Source of the DNA: Acinetobacter sp.
GTDB taxonomy: Bacteria > Pseudomonadota > Gammaproteobacteria > Pseudomonadales > Moraxellaceae
Direction of reading: 5' to 3'
Assembly: GCA_030152605.1 (NCBI GenBank)
Contig: JASLJB010000101.1
Coordinates: forward strand, 1 to 44,029
Length of the DNA: 44,029 bases
How positions within the stretch are numbered: position 1 is the stretch's first letter; every line of letters begins with the position of its first letter. The notes under the pieces were generated by a model. That model saw only the letters and a program-made list of their open reading frames with translations. It had not been told where the DNA came from and ran no database searches. Of this stretch, positions 10,127 to 20,282 are shown one piece after another. The position numbers were made by a program, and so were the translations under genes.

Positions 10127-11481
10127 TTGAAATAAAGCTTTAAATTCGATCCTGCGGGTAATTTAGTTGATCGGAATAGTGGTGAAAGTCAGATTAAAAA
10201 CAACCTGATCAAAACCTACCAAGGCGCGCAGTATCGTTACGATGCTCAAGGCAATGTGATTGAGAAAAATCATGCAGGGCTACGTTTAAAATTAGACTGG
10301 GATAATCTGAATCGACTGGAAAACAGTGAGTTAAATGGTCAAAGCACATCATATGGCTATGATGTGTTTGGACGGTGTTTATTTAAAAAATCAGCCAATA
10401 CCGGATACATTTTATTTGGTTGGGACGGTGATCTAATGATTTGGGAATCCTCCAAAAACAAAGATGAGGCCCAGTCTTATACCAAACATTATGTTTACGA
10501 GCCGAACAGCTTTGTGCCGCTGTTGCAAACTGGCTACTCAGGCTTTATCAAACTGATCGAGACCCCTGATTATCGTCAGTTTAAAGAGCAGCCCTATTCT
10601 ATAAAGCAAGACCCACTATGGAAAACCGATACTCGCTACAAACGTGCCGAAATCGAACGGGCGGTGTTTTATCACTGTGACCAAGTTGGAACACCACAAG
10701 CCCTGAGTAATGAGGCCGGTGAGTTGGTCTGGGAAGGATGCTTTAATACTTGGGGCGAAGCTTTAGAGATTAAAGCGAGCAACAACCTACTCGAACAAAC
10801 CAATATCCGCTTCCAAGGGCAGTATTACGATGTGGAAACCGGACTGCATTATAACCGCTACCGATATTATGAACCGCATAGTACGCGGTATGTCGGGAAA
10901 GATCCGATAGGGTTGGATGGTGGTTTAATACTTCAGCTTATGTCAGTGATCCGAAAGCGTGGGTGGATCCGATGGGGTTGCAAAAAAATGCAATACTTCC
11001 TGGGCTTGAAGGTGATGTAAGAATGAAGGGTAGGTCAAATTCTGTACAATTGACCGATAGGGTTTTAACTGGAATGAGCGGAAATGTATCAGCTGCATTA
11101 GGTCTTGGAATCTTTCATAGTACAACTTATGCAGGTGGGGGAAAAGCAGTGCATTCTACAGGAAGAACATATGGTGCTTCACTTGAAGCAAGTACTACTA
11201 GAGACCTTTTATCACTAGGAGATAAGTCTGATGGAAGGTATTTAGAAATGTGTATTGGGGCAGGAGCAATTGGATTTCTACAGGTTTGTGGAGGATATTC
11301 TTGGTCTGGTAAGTCATTTTATGGATCAACTAAAGTTGGAACTGGAGCAGGCGCAGGATTAACAGTTGTCGATGGTTGGCAGGATACGGTTGATTACCTG
11401 CCTGAAAAACCAGTATATACAATACCTGCTGAAATGCAGCCGATCATTTCTAGACAGCCATTTAATGCACCAGGGTTATGA
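10127..11481 (+). pseudogene. Orphan Rhs module 1: partial Rhs core plus alternative C-terminal domain (CT1, 10981-11481)
   Basis: 10127-10980 is a close nucleotide copy of main rhs ~7992-8846; GAA>TAA at 10133; a 1-nt deletion at 10924-10926 shifts the frame just before DPKAWVDPMGL; a different 166-aa tip follows. Confidence 0.93.
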
Positions 11482-11485
11482 GTTA

Positions 11486-11782
11486 ATGGAATTTACATTT
11501 TTTTATTTGCGATGGTTTTTTTTATTATCGTACGTTTTTGTGTTTGTATATTTGATTTATCTGCTATATTGCTTTTATAGAAAGAATGATATGGCTTATG
11601 ATATTTGGAATTTTTTCTCAAAAAGCATTGGATTTAATAAAGTAGTTTCTGATATCGTATTTAGAGGTAAATATTCATATCAGAAATTAGCTATAAAAAT
11701 ACGTTGGATTTTTATTTTGATGCTTTTGTTACTATGTTTTAGTATTTGGGGTTCTGCATATTATGAATATAAGTTTTATTAG
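11486..11782 (+). CDS. Putative two-TM immunity protein of orphan module 1
   Basis: ATG 4 nt after the CT1 stop; 98 aa with two hydrophobic helices; very AT-rich. Confidence 0.7.
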   Translation: MEFTFFYLRWFFLLSYVFVFVYLIYLLYCFYRKNDMAYDIWNFFSKSIGFNKVVSDIVFRGKYSYQKLAIKIRWIFILMLLLLCFSIWGSAYYEYKFY

Positions 11783-12525
11783 TTTTGTAGGAAGTGTTGT
11801 TTTATTTCTACCATTTAATTTGTATGGGTGTGAAAATATGGATGTAAATGATTCCATGGAAACATATAATTTCAAGCTCAATGTTTTTAATCTCCTGGGC
11901 AATCAAAAACAGATTGATAGAGTTGTCGATGAGTTACCTGATAGTTCATATAAGAATTATATTTTAGGTGTCTCATATCTTGATGGTAAAATAAATTAAT
12001 TGATTATGATTTGGCAAAAAATATTTATTAAAATCAATTTAGAATTGTTTTTATCCTGCTTATTATTCTTTAGGTTATATATACTTTAAAGAGGGAGATA
12101 TTATAGAATCAAAAAAATGGTTCGAAAAGGCTGTAGAACAAGGGGATAACTTAGCAGCACATCAACTTGGATTAATGTATAAGAAAGAAGGTAATATTGA
12201 AAAAACAATTAAATATTTTAGTTTTTCGGAAGAAAATGAATTCCTACCATCAATTGTAGAATTAGGTGTTTTATATTATGACGATAGTTTTTTAAAAAGA
12301 AATCTTAGTAAAGCATACAGTTACTTTCGTAAGGCGGCTATTAGGAATGATGCTTTAGCCCAAAATAATTTAGGGTGGATGTATGAGCATGGAGAGGGTA
12401 CAACTAAAGATGTAAGTAAGGCATTATATTGGTATAGTAAAGCGTCTCAAAATGGTTTTGAATTGGGATTGGAGAATATGAATCGTTTAGAAAATTACAA
12501 AAAAATAAATTACGTCTCATTTTGA
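11763..12525 (+). pseudogene. Sel1-like repeat lipoprotein, disrupted
   Basis: Signal peptide with LYGC lipobox-like motif; SLR motifs (AQNNLGWMYEHGEGTTKDVSKALYWYSKAS); broken by apparent frameshifts near 11996 and 12016-12021 and an in-frame TAG at 12040. Confidence 0.85.
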
Positions 12526-12527
12526 AA

Positions 12528-12602
12528 GTAAGCATCCCCCAGCTCCTATTAGACTACCAGTGGTTTCCAATTGTTCGGTTGTAGATCTTCAATCGCTTTC
12601 AT
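12528..12602 (-). mobile_element. IS66-family right-end relic (terminal inverted repeat plus last codons of tnpC)
   Basis: Begins GTAAGCATCCCC (IS66 ends start GTAAGC); the minus strand reads MKAIEDLQPNNWKPLVV*, resembling the IxxLLPxNW C-terminus of IS66 TnpC, with the stop just inside the IR. Confidence 0.7.
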
Positions 12603-12626
12603 TGACTTAAATACACCGCTGAAGAT

Positions 12627-13424
12627 TTAACGATATTTGGTTGGGACGGTGACCTGATGATTTGGGAGTCTTCCAAAAACAAAGATGAAACCCAGTCCTA
12701 TACCAAGCATTATGTTTATGAGCCGAACAGCTTTTGCCACTGTTGCAAACGGGCTACTCAGGCTTTATCAAACTGATCGAGACCCCTGATTATCGTCAGT
12801 TTAAAGTGCAGCCCTATTCTATAAAGCAAGACCCACTATGGAAAACCGATACCCGCTACAAACGCGCTGAAATCGAACGGGCGGTATTTTATCACTGTGA
12901 CTAAGTCGGAACACCGCAAGCCCTTAGTAATGAGGCCGGTGAGTTGGTCTGGGATGGACGATTTAATACTTGGGGTGAAGCTTTAGAGATTAAAGCCAGT
13001 GATAACCTACTCGAACAAACCCATATCCGCTTCCAAGGGCAGTATTTTGACCAAGAAACCGGACTGCATTATTCAGGGTAATTTAGAGAGATCAGTTGGC
13101 CTTTATGCTGAATTTGGAATATTTCAAGATGGTAAGAAGTATTTTGGTGAAAAGAAGGTCGGTAAATATTATTATGAAGCTTGTGGTGCTATTGCGAAAA
13201 ATAAATACTGTACTGGAAGAAACTCCAATGACGACAGTTTATATGCTAGAAATGAAAAAGCAAAATTCGGCTCAAAAGCCTTAGGTCTTAAAATTTCAGA
13301 AGGCGAACAAAACACAAGAGATTTAAAGAAGCCTATGCCAGTAATGGAAGCTGAAGCCCCAAGTAAAAAAGGGGTTATCATTTTTATGATCTCCAAGGCC
13401 AAGGTTTGTTTTGATTTTAAATAG
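12627..13424 (+). pseudogene. Orphan Rhs module 2: degenerate core fragment fused by deletion to a truncated C-terminal domain (CT2, ~13071-13424)
   Basis: 12627-13072 copies the Rhs core (FGWDGD...ETGLHY) with a 1-nt deletion near 12735 and CAA>TAA at 12902; the sequence breaks after LHY, losing both DPxG motifs, and runs into an AT-rich open frame. Confidence 0.88.
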
Positions 13425-13435
13425 GAGCTTATTTA

Positions 13436-14254
13436 GTGAATAATTTTTTTGTTAGCATGTTACTTGGCTGTAGTTTGTTATTTTCTTCTTGTTCTGATTC
13501 TGTGCGAAAAATAGAAAATTCGGGTTCAGTTGAATTAATAGAAAAAAAGGCAAATCAAGGGGATAGTCAAGCACAATATGATATGGGTGTTTTTTATACA
13601 ACGGGTGGCGTTGTTAAAAAAGACCTAAAAAGGGCCTATGAATGGTTCAAGAAGGCAGCAGAGAATGGAGACTCGGATGCTCAGTATAATTTAGGGGTTA
13701 TCTATGGAGATGGAGATGATATTATTGAGCCCAATTTAGAGAAATCACTATATTGGTATACAAGATCTGCTGAATCTAATAATAAAGCGGCACAAAATAA
13801 TCTAGGTAATCTATATCGTATGGATAATACTGGTATTAAAAACTACAAAGTGGCATTTAAATTGTATGAAAAGTCTGCTGATCAAGGATATGTATTAGGC
13901 AAAGTGAATTTAGCTGATATGTATCTTAATGGTTATGGAGTAGTGAAAGATTACAAAAAAGCGTATCAACTATATAATTCTGCGGCAGAACAGGGAAATG
14001 TTGATGCACAATTTATTCTTGCAGAAATGTACAAGAGCGGTAATGAAATAGAACGAAATTATAAGAAAGCTTTTGAGTGGTATCTAAAAGCAGCAGAACA
14101 AGGAGATTCAGATGCAGAGTTAAATTTAGGAGACATGTATTTAAATGGCATAGGGATTGAGAAAAATGATGCTAAGGCAGTTGAGTGGTATGAAAAATCT
14201 GCCAAAAATGGGAATGAAGTTGCTAAGAATAAAATAATTAATCTCAATAATTAG
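13436..14254 (+). CDS. Sel1-like repeat lipoprotein, putative immunity protein of orphan module 2
   Basis: AGGAG RBS and GTG start; FSSC lipobox-like motif; about six ~36-aa SLRs (AQYNLG..Y..G..WY.KAAEQG); intact. Confidence 0.92.
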   Translation: MNNFFVSMLLGCSLLFSSCSDSVRKIENSGSVELIEKKANQGDSQAQYDMGVFYTTGGVVKKDLKRAYEWFKKAAENGDSDAQYNLGVIYGDGDDIIEPNLEKSLYWYTRSAESNNKAAQNNLGNLYRMDNTGIKNYKVAFKLYEKSADQGYVLGKVNLADMYLNGYGVVKDYKKAYQLYNSAAEQGNVDAQFILAEMYKSGNEIERNYKKAFEWYLKAAEQGDSDAELNLGDMYLNGIGIEKNDAKAVEWYEKSAKNGNEVAKNKIINLNN

Positions 14255-14475
14255 GGGCTGTTGACATTTCATAATAGCAGCCAAATGTATATACAAGTTA
14301 ATGCGATAGCATTCGTAAAAACGAGTGAGTTTTTAGGGAGTATTACCTTATCACTCTACACTTATAGCTAGTGTTGCTATCCTGACAGCGGTGGTAAGTC
14401 AAAGCTAACGTTGCACTCACATAGAATGCAACGTGGCATTGGATTTAAGGCCGTGGCTGTATATGGACACCAGTC

Positions 14476-16008
14476 CTAGCCATTCAGCTGCGAACTGTTT
14501 TGCTCCAAACGTTCTAAGATGGTACTCAGCACTTGAATGCGTGCGGTGTATTTATCATCGGTGGCGACCACATGCCACGGGGCGTATTCAGTGCTGGTCT
14601 GTTGCAGCATGTCCGAGGCGGCTTGGATATATTCATCCCAATGCTCGCGATTGCGCCAGTCGTCTTCCGTGATCTTAAAATACTTCTGCGGCGTGTTTTG
14701 ACGATGTTCAAAGCGCTTAAGCTGCTCATCCTTGGAAATCGATAACCAAAACTTAATCACCACAGTGTTGTATTGACTCAGGCATTTTTCAAAGTTGTTG
14801 ATCTCGGCATAACTGCGTTGCCATTCTAGGTCGGTAATAAAGTTCTCCACCCGCTCCACCAACACGCGACCATACCAACTGCGGTCAAAAATATTGATAC
14901 TCCCATCGACCGAAAGCTTGTTCCAAAAACGCCATAAATAGGCCCGTTGTCGCTCATGCAGTTCAGGCGCAGAAATACTGTGAATATGATATTCACGTGG
15001 ATCGAGATAGCGAATGATGCGTTTGATCGAACCGCCTTTACCGGCCGCGTCCATGCCCTCAAACAATAAAATAATCTGTCTCGGTTCATAGCGCAGTGCA
15101 TGTGCTAAGCGTTTCTCTAACTTTTTCAGGGTCTTCTTATAGTCTTTCTTGGGCATCTGATCTTGGCTTGGATGCAACAGCGCAGGATGTAAGGCAGCCG
15201 CTTTAAAGGGGAGTGCTTTGTCTCGGCGCTTGCGATGGCTGCTTGGCAACACGGCTTGGCCTACGGCATCGCTTGTTTTGGGCATGTCGAGTTGGCGCGT
15301 GTCTGCTTTGACCGTGGCTTGTTGTAAGGCCTTGAGGATGTGTTGGGCAAATTCAAAGTTTCGCAGCTTTTCATTTTCACCATCAATGATGATCCAATCC
15401 GAAGTAAAGCGCTGACGAATATCTTGGATATCGTCATAGAGTTTCTTGTTGCGCCAGTTGGAGAGTGGGAAATTGTCCCATGAAAAATCCGGCACCCGCT
15501 GCAGGGCTTTGGCCAAGTCCAAATGTCGAATGCGTTTTTGCGTGGTTTCTAAGGACAGGTCAAACCAGATCTTGACGATATCGGTGCCATTGTCCTGCAA
15601 GTAACCTTCAAAACGTTGCATTTCATCCAGATAGCGCTGGAAGCTGGCCTCTGAAATCGCTTCCTGACCATAGAGTACCGAGGCCAAGAGATCGGTATAC
15701 CAATTGCCAAAAAAAAGCTTCATCTGACCATGACTGGGCAAGTCCGCCACATAGGGATGCCAAAACAACATCTTGGAATGGATCTCGTTGGGAATGTCCG
15801 CTTTAACATACAGATAACGCGGGTCCATCCACTCGCGCAGTTGTTTGATCGCCTCACTTTTCCCCGCAAATTCAATTCCACCGACCAAGATCAGCACGCT
15901 GCGTGCATTGGCCTGAGCACGGGTGTTTTTGAGCGCGTACTGTGCCTCGATCAGGTCTAAGGACAGTTGTGTGGTGGCACGTTTCATCGCGGCTTTATTT
16001 TTTTTCAT
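14476..16008 (-). CDS. ppk2: Two-domain polyphosphate kinase 2 (polyphosphate:AMP phosphotransferase type)
   Basis: Two PPK2 domains: N-terminal GIEFAGKS/FFGNWY and C-terminal EGMDAAGKGG, FDRSWYGRVLVERVE. Confidence 0.93.
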   Translation of the reverse strand: MKKNKAAMKRATTQLSLDLIEAQYALKNTRAQANARSVLILVGGIEFAGKSEAIKQLREWMDPRYLYVKADIPNEIHSKMLFWHPYVADLPSHGQMKLFFGNWYTDLLASVLYGQEAISEASFQRYLDEMQRFEGYLQDNGTDIVKIWFDLSLETTQKRIRHLDLAKALQRVPDFSWDNFPLSNWRNKKLYDDIQDIRQRFTSDWIIIDGENEKLRNFEFAQHILKALQQATVKADTRQLDMPKTSDAVGQAVLPSSHRKRRDKALPFKAAALHPALLHPSQDQMPKKDYKKTLKKLEKRLAHALRYEPRQIILLFEGMDAAGKGGSIKRIIRYLDPREYHIHSISAPELHERQRAYLWRFWNKLSVDGSINIFDRSWYGRVLVERVENFITDLEWQRSYAEINNFEKCLSQYNTVVIKFWLSISKDEQLKRFEHRQNTPQKYFKITEDDWRNREHWDEYIQAASDMLQQTSTEYAPWHVVATDDKYTARIQVLSTILERLEQNSSQLNG

Positions 16009-16854
16009 TCAAAATACTCAACATCAAGCTTTTATCAACTTTAGGTTTATGGTGTTTTCGCATCTGGTCTGGACTTGCCCTGAGATTTAGCCTGCTGAAA
16101 ACAGCGCTGATGCGCCGTGCTCATGGGGTGAATGTGTAGGGTTTTAATCTCATCTGGGCAGCGCATGATTATATAGATCATATCGGATTGATATATTTTT
16201 AAAACCTATAACATTATAAGCCATGCTGAATAAACTTAAGCTATAAGCTGAAAATATTTCAACTTATAATCAGAGTAAATACTCTAATTTAAAATCTGAT
16301 TAAAATGATCGGGTATTTTTATAGGGCCTGTATTGAAGTTTAATTAAAATGAGAGCAAAAGCTCTAATTAATCATCCGTGTTTTTATTGTTACAGGCCGA
16401 GAAGTGCAGGGTGCTTAAATATTATTCTGAAATTTTGTAGCAGAACGGGGTGTGATTCATTTTATTTCCCTGTTTTTTCGCATTTATATCTGCTTTTTAG
16501 CTGCAAACTTGATGGCACTGTCTGCTTTTTAGCCTCGGTGTGGTCGCTGTTTTTTTAAATAAATAACAAGTCCATCACATTTAAACTTGAGGGCAATGCT
16601 CGGGTTTATTTTATTTTAGAATATCAAAAAGATTGTAATCAGTTTTCGAGGTTTTTGGTTGAATGCCTTATTTTAAGCATGTTTGAATGCAGTGTTAATA
16701 TTTATGTAGACGCAGCAGTTTAAAATAATGGCTTAAAATATTTTGACCCATCGATAAAAATTATATATGTTGGTTTAAAATATTTTGCGATTTTCTATTT
16801 TAATTATTTTTTTAAATATATCTCACTATTTTAATGTCCTGAGGGGAAAGTGCA

Positions 16855-17556
16855 ATGAGTAGTCACCTACAACTCGCTCAAGTTCAGGGGGAGCGGATTA
16901 AAGTGATGCTTGATGATAGCGATAAAAATAGTCAGTGTACGGACCAACCATCCACAGCCATAATTTTGGATCAAGCCACCTTGATCTTGGCCCAAGGCGG
17001 CGTACAGGCCTTGAGCATCAACAGTCTTGCGGCCGCGCTTAATTGTGCGCCTGAGCTGTTGAAACAGCAGTATGCCTCACAAGAACAGCTCTTGATCGAG
17101 GTCATGGCCGCGATCGTGCAATGGTTTGAGCAACTGCGCAGTGATGTGACTTGGCGACAGTACGGCGTGGTGGCGATTGAAAGCCTGATCCGTGCCATTG
17201 CCGAAGGTCTACATGAGCACAGCCATCGGGTTAAAGCCTATTTTCATATTGGCATCTATGGCTTGCAGCACAATCCTAAATTCAAACAACGCATCTTGGC
17301 GCTGCGCAAAGAAATGCAGCAGATGATTGTCGTTTGGCTGAGACAAGCGGTGGCCTTAGAAGAAATCACCCGCAATGCTGACCTTGAGATGATGGCCGAC
17401 CTGATCTTGAGTTCGGTGTCTGGGCTGATCCAACAGTGGCTGATGAACCCACAATTCAAACTCGAACTGCGCCTCAAACAACTCGCCGAAATTCATATCC
17501 GAAATATGTTTAAAAATTCACATTTATATTATTCAGCCAATTATTGGGGGGAGTAG
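16855..17556 (+). CDS. TetR/AcrR family transcriptional regulator
   Basis: ILDQATLILAQGGVQALSINSLAAALN HTH-like N-terminus (somewhat degenerate) and BetI-like C-terminal domain; first gene of the efflux operon. Confidence 0.8.
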   Translation: MSSHLQLAQVQGERIKVMLDDSDKNSQCTDQPSTAIILDQATLILAQGGVQALSINSLAAALNCAPELLKQQYASQEQLLIEVMAAIVQWFEQLRSDVTWRQYGVVAIESLIRAIAEGLHEHSHRVKAYFHIGIYGLQHNPKFKQRILALRKEMQQMIVVWLRQAVALEEITRNADLEMMADLILSSVSGLIQQWLMNPQFKLELRLKQLAEIHIRNMFKNSHLYYSANYWGE

Positions 17557-17559
17557 ATT

Positions 17560-19068
17560 TTGCCTGACCTCGCTACTCAAGACAGTCACACGCGCCAAGC
17601 AATCCGTACATACTCAACAGCTGTAAGGGCAAGGCATCTAAAAGCGGCAACAGCCGCATTGTTATTTATGGGCTTGGCTGCCTGCCAAAACCATCAGCCT
17701 CATGCGACCCCTGCCGTGGCATTGGCGCCGCAATATCCATATGCCGGTCAAGCAGATACTCAGATCTTGAAATGGCAGGATTATCTGAATGATCCTGTGT
17801 TGGAACAGATCATTGAACAGGCCCTGACCCATAACCAAGACCTCAAGATCTCCAGTCTGCGGATTGCCGAAGCGCAAACCGCCTATGGGATTCAACGTTC
17901 TCAGCTCTATCCGAACATTGCTGGCGAGGCCGGCGGTCAACGTGGCCGTGTGCCCGCAGATCTGTCCTATAGCCGACAGGCCATGACCAGCTCGCAGTAT
18001 CAAGTCGGTGTTGGACTAAGCCAATGGGAGTTGGACTTGTGGGGGCGGATTCGCAGTTTGAATCAGTCTGCTTTGCAGCAGTTTTTTGCTACCGAGTGGA
18101 ATCAAATCGCCGTACAAAACAGCCTGATCCAACAAGTCGCACAAACCTATCTCAACCTGTCTGCCTTGGAAAAGCGCATTGCCTTTGCCGAGCGTTCGGT
18201 GGCTAACTTCCAAAACTCAGTCCGTATCTTTAAGCGCCGCTATGAAGTCGGTGCCGGCTCCAAGGTGGAATATGCCCAAGCGCTGACCTTGCTCAGTCAG
18301 GGCCAGTCTTTGGTCGCAGAACTGAAAAAAGCCCGTGATCTCAATCAAAACTATCTCACTCAATTGGTCGGCATGCCGATCCAAGTGCCGGTGTCGAGTT
18401 TGGATCAGGTGGCATTCAATAAAAAACAACAGCTGACCCCGGGGCTCCCATCGGCCTTGCTACTGAATCGTCCCGATGTGGCGGCGATGGAAGCACGCCT
18501 ACAGGCGCAACATGCTCAGATCGCAGCAGCACGTGCGGCATTTTTTCCGCGCATCGCTTTGACTGGTTCGATTGGCACTGCCAGTGCGGAGCTAGATGGA
18601 CTATTTAAGTCCGGTTCTAAAGTCTGGGCCTTTGCACCGAGCATCACAGTGCCGATCTTTACCGCAGGCCGCTTGAAAAATCAGGTCACGTTGGCAGAAC
18701 TGCGTACCGATATTGCGGTGGCTGAATATGAAAAAACCGTACAAAACGCTTTCCGTGAAGTGGCTGATGCTTTGGCCGAGCGGCATGGACTCAGCCAACA
18801 GTTGGCGATTCAGGGGCAAGGCTTGGCGGCATTTAGTGAGCGTGCGCGTTTGGCGCAGTTACGTTTTGACCACGGCGTGGTGAGCTATCTCGAAGTGTTA
18901 GATGCGGAACGGAGTTTGTTACAGGCCGAACAGCAGTGGATCGAAACCCAAAGTGCCTTGCTCAAATCGCATGTGAGCCTGTATGTGGCCCTCGGCGGTG
19001 ACAGTCGTTCGCTGAAACAACAGCAGGCGGCGCAACAACAGATGGCTCAACAACAGGCAGCGCAATAG
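17560..19068 (+). CDS. Outer membrane efflux lipoprotein (NodT/OprM family)
   Basis: LAAC lipobox; WELDLWGRIR, RPDVAAME, AFREVADAL and LYVALGG motifs. Confidence 0.95.
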   Translation: MPDLATQDSHTRQAIRTYSTAVRARHLKAATAALLFMGLAACQNHQPHATPAVALAPQYPYAGQADTQILKWQDYLNDPVLEQIIEQALTHNQDLKISSLRIAEAQTAYGIQRSQLYPNIAGEAGGQRGRVPADLSYSRQAMTSSQYQVGVGLSQWELDLWGRIRSLNQSALQQFFATEWNQIAVQNSLIQQVAQTYLNLSALEKRIAFAERSVANFQNSVRIFKRRYEVGAGSKVEYAQALTLLSQGQSLVAELKKARDLNQNYLTQLVGMPIQVPVSSLDQVAFNKKQQLTPGLPSALLLNRPDVAAMEARLQAQHAQIAAARAAFFPRIALTGSIGTASAELDGLFKSGSKVWAFAPSITVPIFTAGRLKNQVTLAELRTDIAVAEYEKTVQNAFREVADALAERHGLSQQLAIQGQGLAAFSERARLAQLRFDHGVVSYLEVLDAERSLLQAEQQWIETQSALLKSHVSLYVALGGDSRSLKQQQAAQQQMAQQQAAQ

Positions 19069-19108
19069 TAGATGACACAACCGCGCGCCCAGTCGCAATA
19101 GCGGTTTG

Positions 19109-19150
19109 CTGATTCAGCGTACCTGATTTAGCACACCTGATTCAGCGCAT
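19109..19150. repeat. Three imperfect 14-bp tandem repeats (CTGATTYAGCRYAY)
   Basis: ctgattcagcgtac / ctgatttagcacac / ctgattcagcgcat between the OMF and yhiI genes. Confidence 0.75.
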
Positions 19151-19223
19151 TCAGTTTTAAAGTTTTAACCTATTTAAAGTTTTTGACGTATTTAAAGTAA
19201 AGCATTCGATTTAAGGTCCAGTA

Positions 19224-20282
19224 ATGAAAATTAAAAAGCAATTTATTTGGGGCGCAGGGGTGGTGATCGCCTTGGTTGCCGTCTTGGCATGGCGCTTTCT
19301 GAGTCAGCCCTCTACCGAAGGTTTGGTCAGTGGTAATGGTCGGATCGAAGCCACCGAGATCAATATCGCCAGTAAGTTGCCGGGCCAGATCGAAGAGATC
19401 TTGGTCAATGAAGGTGACTTCGTTGATGCGGGTCAGGTCTTGGCCAAAATTAAAATTTCAACCCTAGAAGCCCAGTTACGTGAAGCCGAAGCGCAAGCGC
19501 GCCAGGCCAAAAACGCGATTGCCACAGCCGAAGCTCAAGTGGCGATGCGTGAAAGTGATCAAGCTGCGGCAGGTGCGGTGGTCGAGCAACGCGAAACAGA
19601 ATTGATCGCCGCCAAACGTCGTTTGGCCCGTACCGAAGTCTTGGCCAAAGAAGGGGCATCTTCAAAACAACAACTCGATGATGAACGTGCTGATGTACAG
19701 CGTGTCACTGCTGCGGTGAGTGCGGCCAAAGCTCAAGTCGCCAGTGCCAAGTCAGCTGTGGTCGCGGCCAAGACGCAAGTCATCGGTGTCGGTTCACAGG
19801 TCGAGGCAATCCAAGCCACCATGGAACGCATCCAATTCGATATCGAAGATGGTCAACTCAAAGCACCGCTCAAAGCACGGGTCCAGCATCGCATCGCACA
19901 ACCGGGTGAGATCGTCCCGAGTGGCGGTCGCGTGTTGAATTTGATCGATCTGTCGGATGTATATATGACGTTTTTCTTACCTGAAACCGTGGCAGGTCGC
20001 GTGGCGATCGGAACCGAAGTACGTATCGTGCTGGATGCGGCACAGCAAATCGTGATCCCAGCCAAAGTCTCTTATGTGGCCGATACTGCGCAGTTCACCC
20101 CAAAATCAGTGGAAACCGCCAGTGAGCGTCAGAAATTGATGTTCCGAGTTAAAGCCAAAATCGATCCGGCACTGTTGAATAAAAATATCGATCAGGTCAA
20201 AACTGGTCTACCGGGCATGGCTTATATCAAACTCGATAATCAAGCGGCATGGCCAGCATTCTTGGCCAATAAGGTTGAATAA
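19224..20282 (+). CDS. yhiI: HlyD-family membrane fusion protein (YhiI-like)
   Basis: N-terminal [12 protein letters not shown]; coiled coil; [22 protein letters not shown] motif typical of YhiI. Confidence 0.9.
   Translation: MKIKKQFIWGAGVVIALVAVLAWRFLSQPSTEGLVSGNGRIEATEINIASKLPGQIEEILVNEGDFVDAGQVLAKIKISTLEAQLREAEAQARQAKNAIATAEAQVAMRESDQAAAGAVVEQRETELIAAKRRLARTEVLAKEGASSKQQLDDERADVQRVTAAVSAAKAQVASAKSAVVAAKTQVIGVGSQVEAIQATMERIQFDIEDGQLKAPLKARVQHRIAQPGEIVPSGGRVLNLIDLSDVYMTFFLPETVAGRVAIGTEVRIVLDAAQQIVIPAKVSYVADTAQFTPKSVETASERQKLMFRVKAKIDPALLNKNIDQVKTGLPGMAYIKLDNQAAWPAFLANKVE

Noticed and set aside
11366..11485. Long N-terminus of the 138-aa ORF
   Set aside because: Overlaps CT1 in another frame; ATG 11486 fits toxin-immunity spacing better.
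12999..13424. ORF-track 141-aa protein treated as a real gene
   Set aside because: Its first ~24 codons are an out-of-frame reading of the Rhs core; only the part from ~13071 is the truncated tip.
14253..14282. AGGGGCTGTTGACATTTCA as a possible IS5/MITE end at the edge of the Rhs locus
   Set aside because: No partner inverted repeat or transposase seen; may be only a weak hairpin.
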